A stretch of DNA of 64,000 nt from Vicinamibacteria bacterium (GCA_963555995.3 OY821641.1:2592001-2656000); one strand, 5' to 3'. Counted from the first letter of the stretch, positions 54,930 through 64,000 are shown. Notes: a model not told the origin generated them from the letters alone. Numbers and translations are program-made.

Positions 54930-55888
54930 GGCCGATCCGCCGCGAAGCGAGCATCTTCAGCGTCTCGGCGATTGATCTGTTCGCGTCGGCGCTCGGCGCC
55001 TTCGTGATCGTCTCCTTCGTCCTGTTCCCTTACTTCCCGAACACCGGTGAGGTGCCCCCGGCCCCGGTGGCTCCGCCGACGCCCCCGCCGCCGGTACCCG
55101 CGCCGCCGACCGGCATTTCGGCGGCGGAGGCAGCCGCCCTCGAAGCGCGGATCGCGGAGTTGGAAGGGGAACTCGGCGCCGCCCGGAGCCGGGAGTCGGA
55201 CCTGGGGGAGGAACTCGGCGACGCAAGGAGCCGGGAGTCCGAACTGTCGCGGGCTCTCGACGAGGCGACCTCCACGATCAGGAAGCTGCCGCCGCTCGAC
55301 CTGGTGATTGCGCTCGACACCACGAATAGCATGACGAACGAAGTCGTTGGGCTTCGCGAAGAGATCGCCGGTCTCGCGGAACTCCTCGTGGAGTTGACCG
55401 ATGACGCGGCGGTGGGCCTGATCGAGTTCAAGGACCGGTGCGATCCCGTGAACGCAGTGCGGGTTACCGGGCTGCGGCCGGTGAACCGTCAGACGGCACA
55501 GGAACTCGCCGTCTTCGCCCGATCCATGATCCCTGGCACGCCGTGCAATTTGACCGCGGACGAGGACTACGCCGAAGCCCTTCGCGCGGCGGTGCTGTCA
55601 GAGTGGCGACCCGTCTCGGAACGGCGATCCATCGTGCTGATCTCGGACAATCCCGCTCACGACGACATGCGCACTCAAGCAATCTCCGACGCGCGGGCTT
55701 TTGCAATGCGGCCGGGGGCTCGCCACACCGTCTCGTCGGTCTTTGTGGACACCAGCCCGAACCCGCGACACCCCGACACGGAGGACTTCATGCGTCAGGT
55801 GACGCAGGCCGGACGAGGCCGATTCGTCGAGGCCGACCGGAATGCGTCGTTATCGGTGACCATCCTCCTGGCGGTCTTCCGGAGCTGA
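54926..55888 (+). CDS. ExbD/MotB-like Asp-bearing TM anchor, coiled coil and vWA domain
   Basis: FSVSAIDLFASALGAFVIVSFVLF; Pro-rich linker; MIDAS-like DLVIALDTTNSM; IVLISDNPAH; ATGA overlap. Confidence 0.8.
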   Translation: MRPIRREASIFSVSAIDLFASALGAFVIVSFVLFPYFPNTGEVPPAPVAPPTPPPPVPAPPTGISAAEAAALEARIAELEGELGAARSRESDLGEELGDARSRESELSRALDEATSTIRKLPPLDLVIALDTTNSMTNEVVGLREEIAGLAELLVELTDDAAVGLIEFKDRCDPVNAVRVTGLRPVNRQTAQELAVFARSMIPGTPCNLTADEDYAEALRAAVLSEWRPVSERRSIVLISDNPAHDDMRTQAISDARAFAMRPGARHTVSSVFVDTSPNPRHPDTEDFMRQVTQAGRGRFVEADRNASLSVTILLAVFRS

Positions 55889-55944
55889 AGAGACCACAAA
55901 CCACCAGTCGCATCCCTCCCCGCAGGTAAGACCCGAGCGCGACC

Positions 55945-58900
55945 ATGGCCCGTGAGTACCCCGACGCGCTCCCAGCGGGCTATCGGCTCGAGGAATTCAA
56001 GATCGTCCGCGTGCTCGGCCAAGGAGGCTTCGCGATCACCTATCTGGCGAAGGACAACTACCGGGATCAGGAGGTGGCCCTCAAGGAGTATTTCCCGGCC
56101 GGCAACGCCATGCGAACCGGCGGGACGCGTGTGGAGCCGACGCCGGGCGCCCGCGAGGTCTTCGACTGGGGATACCGACGCTTTCTCGATGAGGCGCGAG
56201 CGCAATCGAAGTTCCGCCATCCCAACATCCCGGTGCTCCATCGGTATTTCCGCGCCAACGGCACGGCCTATGTCGCCATGGATTACATCAAGGGACCTTC
56301 CCTTTCGGATCTTCTCGCTGATCGCGGCAGTCTCTCCGTGAACCAGTGGCGTCCATGGCTGGATCGTCTGCTCGACGCACTGGAACACGTACATGGCCAC
56401 GACTACCTGCACCGAGATATCACGCCTCGCAACATTTTGATCCGAGAGTCTGACAACCAGCCGGTTCTTATTGATTTCGGGGCCGCCCGGGTCGCTGGCG
56501 GCGACAAGACCCGAACGGTGGTCTTGACCAAGGCCTACGCCCCGCCAGAGCAAGGTTCAGCCCGCGCGAAGCAGGGACCCTACACGGACATCTATGCACT
56601 CGGAGCAGTGTCGTACTGCGTGCTCACCGGTGAGCTGCCAGCCACCCCGTCTGACCGGGCTGCTGGGGAGGAGCATGAGCCCCTCGCACAGCAACTGGAA
56701 GAGGCTTTCGACTGGGTCGTTGCCGTGGACCGGGCGCTCTGTCTGCGGCCGAAGGACCGTCCACAGAAAACCGCCGCGTGGCGGAAGGAACTGCACGAAG
56801 CAGCCGCGAAGATGTGGTTGTCGGGCGAGCCCGATCAGATAGCGGCCCGGGATGCCGAAGGACTGACGCCCCTCCACCGCGCCGCCGCGGCAGAGCCGGT
56901 TCCCGGCGTCGTGGCGACCTTGCTCGAACTCGGTGCCGACATCCACGCTGTGGCGGGAAGGGACGACGTCGTTCTCTTTGAAAGGCACGGCGACACGCCG
57001 CTACACCGGGCTGCGGCGGCCAATCCGAATCCGGACATAACGGCGGTTCTGCTAGACCGCGGTGCCGACGTTCGGGCGCAGGACCTGATAGGTGAACAGC
57101 CTCTCCACCACGCAGCGAGGCACAACTCCAATGCGAAAGAGATCGCTCTGCTGCTCGACCGCGGTGCCGACATCCACGCCAAGGACGACTCTGGTAGCGC
57201 GCCTCTACACGCGGCCGCCGAGGCCAATTCCCATCCAGGCGTGCTGACGCTCCTGCTTGACCGCGGCGCCGATATCCACGTCAGAAACCGGGATGGAGAA
57301 ACGCCGTTGCACCACGCTGGGGAGAACCCACACGCCGACGTCGTGACCCTTCTCCTCGACTTTGGCGCCGACCTGCACGCGCGGGATGCCAACGGGAATA
57401 CGCCGCTCCATGTCACGGCGTGGCATAACAGAAATCCGGAAACATTCAGGCTCCTGTTGAATCGCGGTGGCGACCTGCAGGCACGGAACAGTTCCGGCGC
57501 TACGCCCCTCCACTGCGCGGTGCGAGGGAGTCAGAGCAGCGAAGTGTTGGCCCTTCTTCTCGACCAGGGCGCCGACCCTCACGCAGTTGACGGCGAGGGG
57601 CGGACAGCCCTGCACTGGGCCGCATCGGAAGACGCCATGGAGACGGTGCAACTGCTCATTGAGCGCGGCGCGGACATCGAGGCGAAAGACTCCGATGGAC
57701 GTCGCCCGCTCCATCTCGCGGCGTCTGAGGACGCCTCCAGCGCGGCCGAATTGCTCCTCAGTCGCGACGCGTGCGTCCGAGCACGCGACCAAGGCGGGTG
57801 TACTCCACTTCACCGGGCCGCGGGCCGGGATTGCCTGCGGGTCTCACAACTGCTGCTCGACAACGGCGCAGACGTGGGAGGGCGGACTCCGACCGATACC
57901 CGAAACTGGACCTCGAAGCTGGATCTTGGTCGAGCGGCAGGTGAGGAGTTGGAGACGCTATGGTGGTTGGCCTTCGACAGCTACGATCCGACCACCAAGG
58001 TTCCGATCTCGATACATGACCCAGACTGGGCGCTGTGGTTCCTGGCATGTGACAACCACTGCGACATCACCGGCTGGGCAGAGACAACGCCTCTACACAC
58101 GGCGGCGCGAACCAATGGCCAGCGTGTGACCGCGCTGCTCCTTGACCGCGGCGCCGATCCAGCGGCCAGAGATTCCACCGGAAGGACACCGCTTCACGTG
58201 GCGGCCCTGAACAACGCCGTGGATGCCGCGAGACTTCTGATTCAGTCGTCTCCGCGCAGCTTGGGCGTCAAGGACACCGCCGGCAGGACACCGCTGCACT
58301 TTGCCGCCTGGGGCGATGCCAGAGAGACGGCGGAACTACTCCTCCGCCATCGTGCCGAGATCAAGTGCAGCGAGGAGACACGCGCCAAGACTTGGTTCTG
58401 GAAGGAGAGCCGCAGGCCCGCCGACATTGTGTGCCTCTTGCTCAGTGGTCCATTCGGCGAACCGGGAAGCGGCTGCCGCGAAGACGCGAAAGCGGTAAAG
58501 GGCTGGCACGACCTTCGGATGCTCACGGAACGACTCCTGCACAAGGGCCATACACCGTTGCATTGGGCTGCGTTCGGTGACTCTCGGGACGTAGCCGAAC
58601 TGCTTCTCGATAAAGGTGTGAATGTCCATGGAGGTGCGGATGACGGAATGACGCCCTTGGACCTGGCAGCGCTCGGCGACGCCTTGATCACCGCACGGCT
58701 GCTCATAGATTGCGGAGCGGATGTCTGCGGTCGGAAAGGTCATGCCACGCCACTGCATTGGGCCGCGCTTGGAAACAGCCGCGAAACTCTGGCACTACTG
58801 TTGGAACGCGGTGCTGATGTCGCAGTGGATATCGGTACAGCGAAGTCCGAAGGAATGACCGCTCTTTTCTGGGCGGTACTCGGAAAGGCTTCCCACGCTG

Positions 58901-61572
58901 CGGAGTTACTTCTGGAACACGGAGCAGAGCTCGGACAGGCCGTGGGTTATGGCCTCGTGTCGCGCCCCTGGATGGACTGGAAGGACGCGCGCGAGGGTGT
59001 TGAGGCACTCAGCGAGGAGTCGAATTCCACGCTGCTTCACTGGGCAGCACTGCGCGATGCCACGGACGTCGTGGACATGTTGCTTGACCGCGGCCTCGAT
59101 CCGGAGGCGGAAGACGCCGAGGGCCGGACGCCGCTGGACTACGCCGCCCAAGGTAACGCCGTCGGTGCGTTGGAGCGTCTTCTGGATCGCGGGGCCGACA
59201 CGAGTGGCAGTCGACGGACGAGCGGCACACCACTTCACAGCGCGTCCCGCGCCGATGCAGTGGACGCCGCGCATCTGTTACTGGAACGTGGATCGGATGT
59301 GCAGGCCGGCGAATCCGACATCGGCACGCCGCTCCACATGGTCCGTTCGACGGAGCTCGCGTCGCTTCTCCTCGATAGTGGGGCCGACGTTGACGCGCGA
59401 GACTCCAACGGAAGCACTCCACTTCACAGCGCCAACGGCAACCGAGCCGTCGCCGAGCAACTGCTTGAACGGGGTGCCGACATCGAAGCGACTGAAGGCT
59501 CTGGAAATACGCCGCTGCACCATGCCGCCGGGGCAGAGAAAGGAAGTGATGTTGCGGAAATCCTGCTCGATCGTGGCGCATCCATCAATGTACCGAACCA
59601 CAACGGAAATACCCCTCTGCACCTAGCCGCATCCGAGACCGGACACAACGATGCCGGAAAGGCGACTGTACTTTGCCTACTCAGGCGGGGTGCTGATGTC
59701 GACCTCGTCAACGCGGATGGCAAGACGCCGCTGATGGTTGCCATCGAAGGGTCCGAAGACTGGGAGGACGTGGTTCGGGATGTGGCAGCATGCTTCCTTG
59801 ACCACGGAGCGGACATCAATGCCCGTGACACACGTGGAAGTACGCCGCTCCACCTGGCGGCTCGATGTCGGTATTCGTCGGTGAGTGAGGAACTGACCTC
59901 GCTGCTCCTTGAGCGTGGTGCCGCCGTTGACGCTGCAGACAACGACGGTCGTACGGCGCTCCATGTTGCTGCAGGCACAGGGCATTCGCGGGTGTCGGCC
60001 GAGCTAATCCGTCGCGGAGCCGACGTCCACGCCCGGACGAAAGAGGGGGAGACGCCGCTGTACAGTGCCGCCGATGGAGCGGCGTGGGGACGATCCGCTG
60101 AGGCTGTGGAACTCCTTCTGGATGAGGAGGCGATGGTTCACGCGAGAACGGAGGACTGCTGGACCCCTCTTCACGCGGCGGCAAGTAGCGGAGCGAAGGA
60201 AGCAGTTGAACTGCTCCTGGATCGCGGAGCGGACTGCCAGAGCCAGACGCGATCCGGCGAGACGCCACTGCATCTGGCGGCGTATCTGCATCTTGTCCAG
60301 GAGTCGGACAATTCGCCCCCGACCGTCAGCAGGCAGCAACTCGAAGTTGTGCAACTGCTCTCGCGTGGGGGTTGCGAGTGGAATGTGAAGGATGAGAGTG
60401 GAGATACGCCACTGAGGTGCTATGTGAGGCAGTGGTGGAGATACAGGAATCGCATGCCCGACGGCCTTGACGGCATCGAATTCGTCCGGCGTTGCGGTGT
60501 GGATGATTCCGCCTTAGTCAATGCCGCCGTCGAGGACCTCGTTCGAGTAGCACCCGAGATGCGTAGCCGATCACTATCTGGCGATCCCGAGAACGCGTCC
60601 GAATCTCTGGACACCCGCACTTACGAGGATTCCAAGGCCACTGTTGATTTTCTTCTCGATCGCGGCGCCGACGTGAATGTACTCAACGCAGCCGGGCGCG
60701 CGCCGATCCACATCGCGGCGGCGGCGGGCGTACCGTCCGTCGTCGAATTCCTTCTGGACCGAGATGCGGAGGTCAACCGCCCCGATGCAAGCGGAAACAC
60801 GCCGCTTCACTCTTGGGCTGAGCAAGTCCTCCTGGATCGCGGTGCTGACGTGATGGCGCGCAATGCGGACGGCGAAACCCCGCTGCACTCGGCAGCGGGT
60901 CGTGATGACTATGTAGCGGCGGAGTTCCTGCTTCGCCATGGTGCAGATGTTGACGCGAGGGACAAGAACGCCGCGACGCCCCTGCATCGGGCCGCTTTCG
61001 AGAATTCGACGAGTGTCGCGGAACAGCTACTGGATCAGGGTGCCGACATCGCGGCCGAAGACCAGAGCGCTGAGACTCCGTTGCACGCCGCGATCCGCGG
61101 TGGCGCCTGGGAAACAGTCGAATTCCTACTGGAACGCGGGGCGGACCCGCAGTCCATCGAGGAGTACGAGTCGGAGGGTCTGGTGGAGACTGGGGCGTCG
61201 ATCGAGGACCGCATCTGTGCCGGGAAGATGCTCCGGATCAAGCGAATCGAGGAGGGCCTGTTTGATGCGCTATGGGAGGGGCTGGACGAACTCTCCCGCC
61301 GCAAGGGATGGGATGAAGGTATGCGCGTCTTTCGGCGGTTACATGAGTGTGTGGAAGACTGGGGCAGTGCGCGATACATGTTCGACTACCCAGAGGAGAA
61401 TCGCGGATTCGGCGCAAGTCTTGAAGGGCTGCTCCGGGAAGAGGGTGAGGAAGGACCGCTGATGCGCCAGCTTCGAGACAAAGCCGACTTCGAATGGCTC
61501 CGCGATCTGGTGTGGGAGCTCAGAGACGGCACGTTGCTGGACCCAGAGCGGTGGGTTGAACGGATGGACTGA
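55945..61572 (+). CDS. Ser/Thr protein kinase with about 35 ankyrin repeats
   Basis: LGQGGFA, VALKEYFP, HRDITPRN, DFG, YAPPE; repeated GxTPLHxAA...LLDRGAD. Confidence 0.93.
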   Translation: MAREYPDALPAGYRLEEFKIVRVLGQGGFAITYLAKDNYRDQEVALKEYFPAGNAMRTGGTRVEPTPGAREVFDWGYRRFLDEARAQSKFRHPNIPVLHRYFRANGTAYVAMDYIKGPSLSDLLADRGSLSVNQWRPWLDRLLDALEHVHGHDYLHRDITPRNILIRESDNQPVLIDFGAARVAGGDKTRTVVLTKAYAPPEQGSARAKQGPYTDIYALGAVSYCVLTGELPATPSDRAAGEEHEPLAQQLEEAFDWVVAVDRALCLRPKDRPQKTAAWRKELHEAAAKMWLSGEPDQIAARDAEGLTPLHRAAAAEPVPGVVATLLELGADIHAVAGRDDVVLFERHGDTPLHRAAAANPNPDITAVLLDRGADVRAQDLIGEQPLHHAARHNSNAKEIALLLDRGADIHAKDDSGSAPLHAAAEANSHPGVLTLLLDRGADIHVRNRDGETPLHHAGENPHADVVTLLLDFGADLHARDANGNTPLHVTAWHNRNPETFRLLLNRGGDLQARNSSGATPLHCAVRGSQSSEVLALLLDQGADPHAVDGEGRTALHWAASEDAMETVQLLIERGADIEAKDSDGRRPLHLAASEDASSAAELLLSRDACVRARDQGGCTPLHRAAGRDCLRVSQLLLDNGADVGGRTPTDTRNWTSKLDLGRAAGEELETLWWLAFDSYDPTTKVPISIHDPDWALWFLACDNHCDITGWAETTPLHTAARTNGQRVTALLLDRGADPAARDSTGRTPLHVAALNNAVDAARLLIQSSPRSLGVKDTAGRTPLHFAAWGDARETAELLLRHRAEIKCSEETRAKTWFWKESRRPADIVCLLLSGPFGEPGSGCREDAKAVKGWHDLRMLTERLLHKGHTPLHWAAFGDSRDVAELLLDKGVNVHGGADDGMTPLDLAALGDALITARLLIDCGADVCGRKGHATPLHWAALGNSRETLALLLERGADVAVDIGTAKSEGMTALFWAVLGKASHAAELLLEHGAELGQAVGYGLVSRPWMDWKDAREGVEALSEESNSTLLHWAALRDATDVVDMLLDRGLDPEAEDAEGRTPLDYAAQGNAVGALERLLDRGADTSGSRRTSGTPLHSASRADAVDAAHLLLERGSDVQAGESDIGTPLHMVRSTELASLLLDSGADVDARDSNGSTPLHSANGNRAVAEQLLERGADIEATEGSGNTPLHHAAGAEKGSDVAEILLDRGASINVPNHNGNTPLHLAASETGHNDAGKATVLCLLRRGADVDLVNADGKTPLMVAIEGSEDWEDVVRDVAACFLDHGADINARDTRGSTPLHLAARCRYSSVSEELTSLLLERGAAVDAADNDGRTALHVAAGTGHSRVSAELIRRGADVHARTKEGETPLYSAADGAAWGRSAEAVELLLDEEAMVHARTEDCWTPLHAAASSGAKEAVELLLDRGADCQSQTRSGETPLHLAAYLHLVQESDNSPPTVSRQQLEVVQLLSRGGCEWNVKDESGDTPLRCYVRQWWRYRNRMPDGLDGIEFVRRCGVDDSALVNAAVEDLVRVAPEMRSRSLSGDPENASESLDTRTYEDSKATVDFLLDRGADVNVLNAAGRAPIHIAAAAGVPSVVEFLLDRDAEVNRPDASGNTPLHSWAEQVLLDRGADVMARNADGETPLHSAAGRDDYVAAEFLLRHGADVDARDKNAATPLHRAAFENSTSVAEQLLDQGADIAAEDQSAETPLHAAIRGGAWETVEFLLERGADPQSIEEYESEGLVETGASIEDRICAGKMLRIKRIEEGLFDALWEGLDELSRRKGWDEGMRVFRRLHECVEDWGSARYMFDYPEENRGFGASLEGLLREEGEEGPLMRQLRDKADFEWLRDLVWELRDGTLLDPERWVERMD

Positions 61573-61616
61573 TGGGACCGCAGGTGCGCGGTCCGCACGC
61601 TGGTGAGTCCTGCGTG

Positions 61617-61865
61617 TTTCGCCCGCCTGCGGCGGGCGGGTGCTGGCTGAAGTCGGCGTTCTGGGCCAGGGCTGCCGTGGGGCCGGTGGAGTCACGACGT
61701 GCGCGGCGCGGAGCGCCGCGCGTGCCGGTCTGGAGACCGGCGTTCCAAGCCGTTTCGCCATTTTCATGACCGGCGGGGTGTGCACGGCTACGGCGCCAGT
61801 GCGAACGGTGCATCGCGTGTTTCGCCCGCCTATGGCAGACGATGCCGGCCGGAGGCCGGCGCTCC
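61617..61865. repeat. Cluster of three REP-like palindromes
   Basis: 61641-61663 (degenerate), 61723-61746, 61843-61865. Confidence 0.75.
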
Positions 61866-61950
61866 GAGGCCTCCTGCTCCGTCTTGTCCGGGTTCGGCGA
61901 CACCGCGTCCACCCGCACCGTCCGGGAGCGAGCGCTGGAAGCAGGTTGCG

Positions 61951-63087
61951 TTATCCGGCGGTGGATGGCGACGGCCGCGAGGATCGCCCCAGGATGTGGT
62001 CGGCGAAACTGGGAATTCCCATTTCCCAGACCGACGGCTCGGCCTCCCACAACACGCCCAGGTCGCTGAGGGTGTTCAGGAGCCCGATTTCGCTGGCCGG
62101 GACGGGCGCCGTCGCGACGAACTCGTCTAGGTCGTCGTCGTCGAGCTGCCCGCCGCGCCTCCGGACCAACGCGGCGAGCGGCCCCAGTGCGCGGTGCACG
62201 GACCGTGCGCGCGCCTCGGCAAAGCGTTCCGCGTAGAACCGCTGGATTACGGTCCGTGCAGCCTCGATACCTTCCTGGGCTGACTGGAGCCCGATCCTCG
62301 GGGAAGACGCGGTCTCCGCCGCGCGCCAGGCAGCGCTGCCGAGCAACTGGATGAAGTACGGATACTCCTGTGACTCCTGCGCGAGGAGTGTGACTGCGTC
62401 GCCGTCCATCGGAAGCCCGGCCCTTCGGGCGGGCTCTCCGAGCGCCCGCACCGCCTCCGACCGTGCGATGCGACCAACCGGCACCCGTGCTAGCGCGCGC
62501 TCCGTGAACGTGCCCGCCAGCCGTAGCCGCCGCGGCGCATCGGGGGTCCCCGCAGCCACGAGCAGGAAGGGCAGGTCCGCGCGGGTGGCGGACTGGACGG
62601 CGTCGAAGAAGAGGCGGCCGGCGTCGGGTTCGATGGCGTGGACCTCGTCGAGCAGGATCACGAGCGGGGCCGGCGCCTGGCCGATCCAGTGCGCGAACAG
62701 CTTGGTGATGTTCCGCGCTGGTTCGCCTGGCTCGGTCGAAACACCGAATCCGGCAGCCTGCACGCCCGTGATTCGCGTTCCGGCGAGGCCGGTGCGTTCC
62801 CTCAGTTCCCCGCGGAGCGCCTCGGGGTCGCGGCATGCCGCGCCCGACAACTCCTCGACCCGCAGCCCCCGCCCGCGAGCATCCTCCGCGATCTGCGACA
62901 GCAAGACAGTCTTCCCGTTGCCACGAGGGCCGTAGAGCAGAAGTCCCTGCGGGGGCCGGCGCCCGCGCTCGAGCGAACTCAGCAGCTCACCGGCAGGCGC
63001 GAGTTCCGCCGCCCGCCCCGCGAGGAGCGGCGGCCGCGCGCCGGCCCCCGGTTGGAAGGGGTTCGCCGGACCGCGGGTTCCCGTCAT
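61951..63087 (-). CDS. AAA ATPase (AAA_16-like)
   Basis: NPFQPGAGARPPLLAGR, GPRGNGKT, ILLDEVH, YPYFIQLLG. Confidence 0.9.
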   Translation of the reverse strand: MTGTRGPANPFQPGAGARPPLLAGRAAELAPAGELLSSLERGRRPPQGLLLYGPRGNGKTVLLSQIAEDARGRGLRVEELSGAACRDPEALRGELRERTGLAGTRITGVQAAGFGVSTEPGEPARNITKLFAHWIGQAPAPLVILLDEVHAIEPDAGRLFFDAVQSATRADLPFLLVAAGTPDAPRRLRLAGTFTERALARVPVGRIARSEAVRALGEPARRAGLPMDGDAVTLLAQESQEYPYFIQLLGSAAWRAAETASSPRIGLQSAQEGIEAARTVIQRFYAERFAEARARSVHRALGPLAALVRRRGGQLDDDDLDEFVATAPVPASEIGLLNTLSDLGVLWEAEPSVWEMGIPSFADHILGRSSRPSPSTAG

Positions 63088-63177
63088 GCGCCGAGCCTAC
63101 CGCAGGTTCCGGCGGCGAACCGGGCTCCGGGCGCCGCAGCGCCCCGCGACGGTGGAAGGTCCCCAGCGTCTTCAATG

Positions 63178-63235
63178 CGAGTTTTCTCCACTACCTGCCC
63201 GAGGTGGGAAAAAACCGACCCGTTTTACGTCTATG
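63178..63235 (+). promoter_or_regulatory. Conserved upstream motif copy 3
   Basis: cgagttttctccac-N12-gtgggaaaaaaccgacccgttttacgtctatg. Confidence 0.65.
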
Positions 63236-63300
63236 CATGGTGAGGGCGCCCAGATGGTGGCGCTCCGAACACCGGCATAGACTCCGAGGAGGGCCGAGCC

Positions 63301-63921
63301 ATGACGACCACCCAGCACGATTCGACATCCACGACCCTGGAGGAGGTCAAGACCATCCTCCGCGAGTTGGCGGAGCGTCAGAAGGAGACCGAACGAGTGC
63401 TGCGGGCGAACGACGAGGAGATCGATCGGCAACTCAAGGAAACCGACCGGCAGATGAAGGAAACCGACCGGCGGCTACGCCGCGCGGAGGACCTGTTCAC
63501 CACCCAGTGGGGGCGGCTCGTGGAGTCGCTCGTCGAGGGCGACCTGTTGAAGCTGCTGCGGGAGCGCGGCGTAAAGGTTGAAGCCGTCTACTCACGCCTC
63601 CGGCTGGAGTGCGGTCCGTACGAACGGGAGGTGGATCTTCTCGCGACGAACGGGGAGGAGGCGGTGGCGGTCGAAGTCAAGACCACCCTGCGGCCGCCCG
63701 ATGTGGACAGATTCCTCGGCCTCCTGACGCACCCGCCGCTGCTGCGGCACGTCGGGGGCCGGCGGTTGTACGGCGCCGTCGCGTACCTCCGGGAACACGA
63801 GGGAACGGCCCGCTACGCCGAGCGGAAGGGATTGTTCGTGATCCGGGCGACCGGCAACAGCGCCAGCATCGTCAACCCGGCGGAGTTCCGGCCGCGCGAC
63901 TTCCACCTGCCGGCCGGCTGA
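63301..63921 (+). CDS. Heptad-repeat coiled coil plus PD-(D/E)xK-like domain (DUF3782-like)
   Basis: GAGGAGG RBS; KETDRQ heptads; WGRLVE, EVDLLATNG, AVEVKTTL, GLFVI. Confidence 0.85.
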   Translation: MTTTQHDSTSTTLEEVKTILRELAERQKETERVLRANDEEIDRQLKETDRQMKETDRRLRRAEDLFTTQWGRLVESLVEGDLLKLLRERGVKVEAVYSRLRLECGPYEREVDLLATNGEEAVAVEVKTTLRPPDVDRFLGLLTHPPLLRHVGGRRLYGAVAYLREHEGTARYAERKGLFVIRATGNSASIVNPAEFRPRDFHLPAG

Positions 63922-63974
63922 GGGGCCGCCGGTGCGAACGGCGTAGCGCGGTTTCGCCCGCCTGCGGCGGGCCG

Positions 63975-63996
63975 TGCCGGCTGAAGCCGGCGTTCC
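63975..63996. repeat. REP-like palindrome
   Basis: tgccggctgaagccggcgttcc, preceded by hairpin gcccgcctgcggcgggc (also present near 61621). Confidence 0.78.
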
Positions 63997-64000
63997 AAGC

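Noticed and set aside
47227-55888. Type VI secretion, Zorya or TerY-P assignment
   Set aside because: No sheath, Hcp, VgrG or ClpV; no ZorA tail or OmpA domain; the vWA is membrane-anchored and the gene set differs from TerY-P
61572-61950. Small ORFs after the ankyrin kinase
   Set aside because: Region consists of REP copies; no coding signal
5134-63996. Palindromic repeats as a CRISPR array
   Set aside because: Dispersed singles or inverted pairs without regular spacers; no cas genes

Overview
GC-rich bacterial window. A diderm host is implied by the TonB receptor and type II secretion genes. The pseudopilin style, heavy toxin-antitoxin load and giant ankyrin protein suggest a host-associated Acidobacteria-like organism, which is inference only. 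Layout: (1) 1-5.3 kb: left end of an ISL3 element and a toxin-antitoxin array around ppk2, with several toxins broken or missing. (2) 5.5-16.7 kb: defence island with an XRE-ImmA/IrrE regulator, a fused CapRel-like alarmone synthetase, a Schlafen/AlbA_2-ATPase and a compositionally foreign three-gene unit. That unit encodes an Ig-like protein ending in a ribosomal protein L13e-like domain, a DruE/YprA-type DUF1998 helicase and a PD-(D/E)xK nuclease. (3) 16.8-42 kb: mostly core or metabolic genes (M20 amidohydrolase, TonB receptor, DsbA, two S9 peptidases with altered triads, Fic, smpB, gspF plus pseudopilins, FAD/Fe-S oxidoreductase, cyclodeaminase, amidohydrolase, Ig/LVIVD protein, thermonuclease). 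(4) 42-47 kb: two VapBC pairs, an AAA-PDDEXK protein and a second Schlafen-ATPase flanked by AT-rich repeats. (5) 47.2-61.6 kb: nine-gene phosphosignalling operon with two Ser/Thr kinases (one with about 35 ankyrin repeats), an active and a catalytically dead trypsin-TM-FHA receptor, two FHA proteins, PP2C, and a MotA/ExbB channel whose apparent Asp-bearing partner carries a vWA domain. (6) AAA ATPase and a coiled-coil nuclease. About 20 REP-like palindromes or REP doublets are dispersed throughout, and a conserved ~55-bp motif precedes three unlinked coiled-coil genes. The best candidates for undescribed systems are the L13e-domain helicase unit and the MotA-vWA/kinase/FHA operon. All calls come from motif recognition by eye; no database searches were run.
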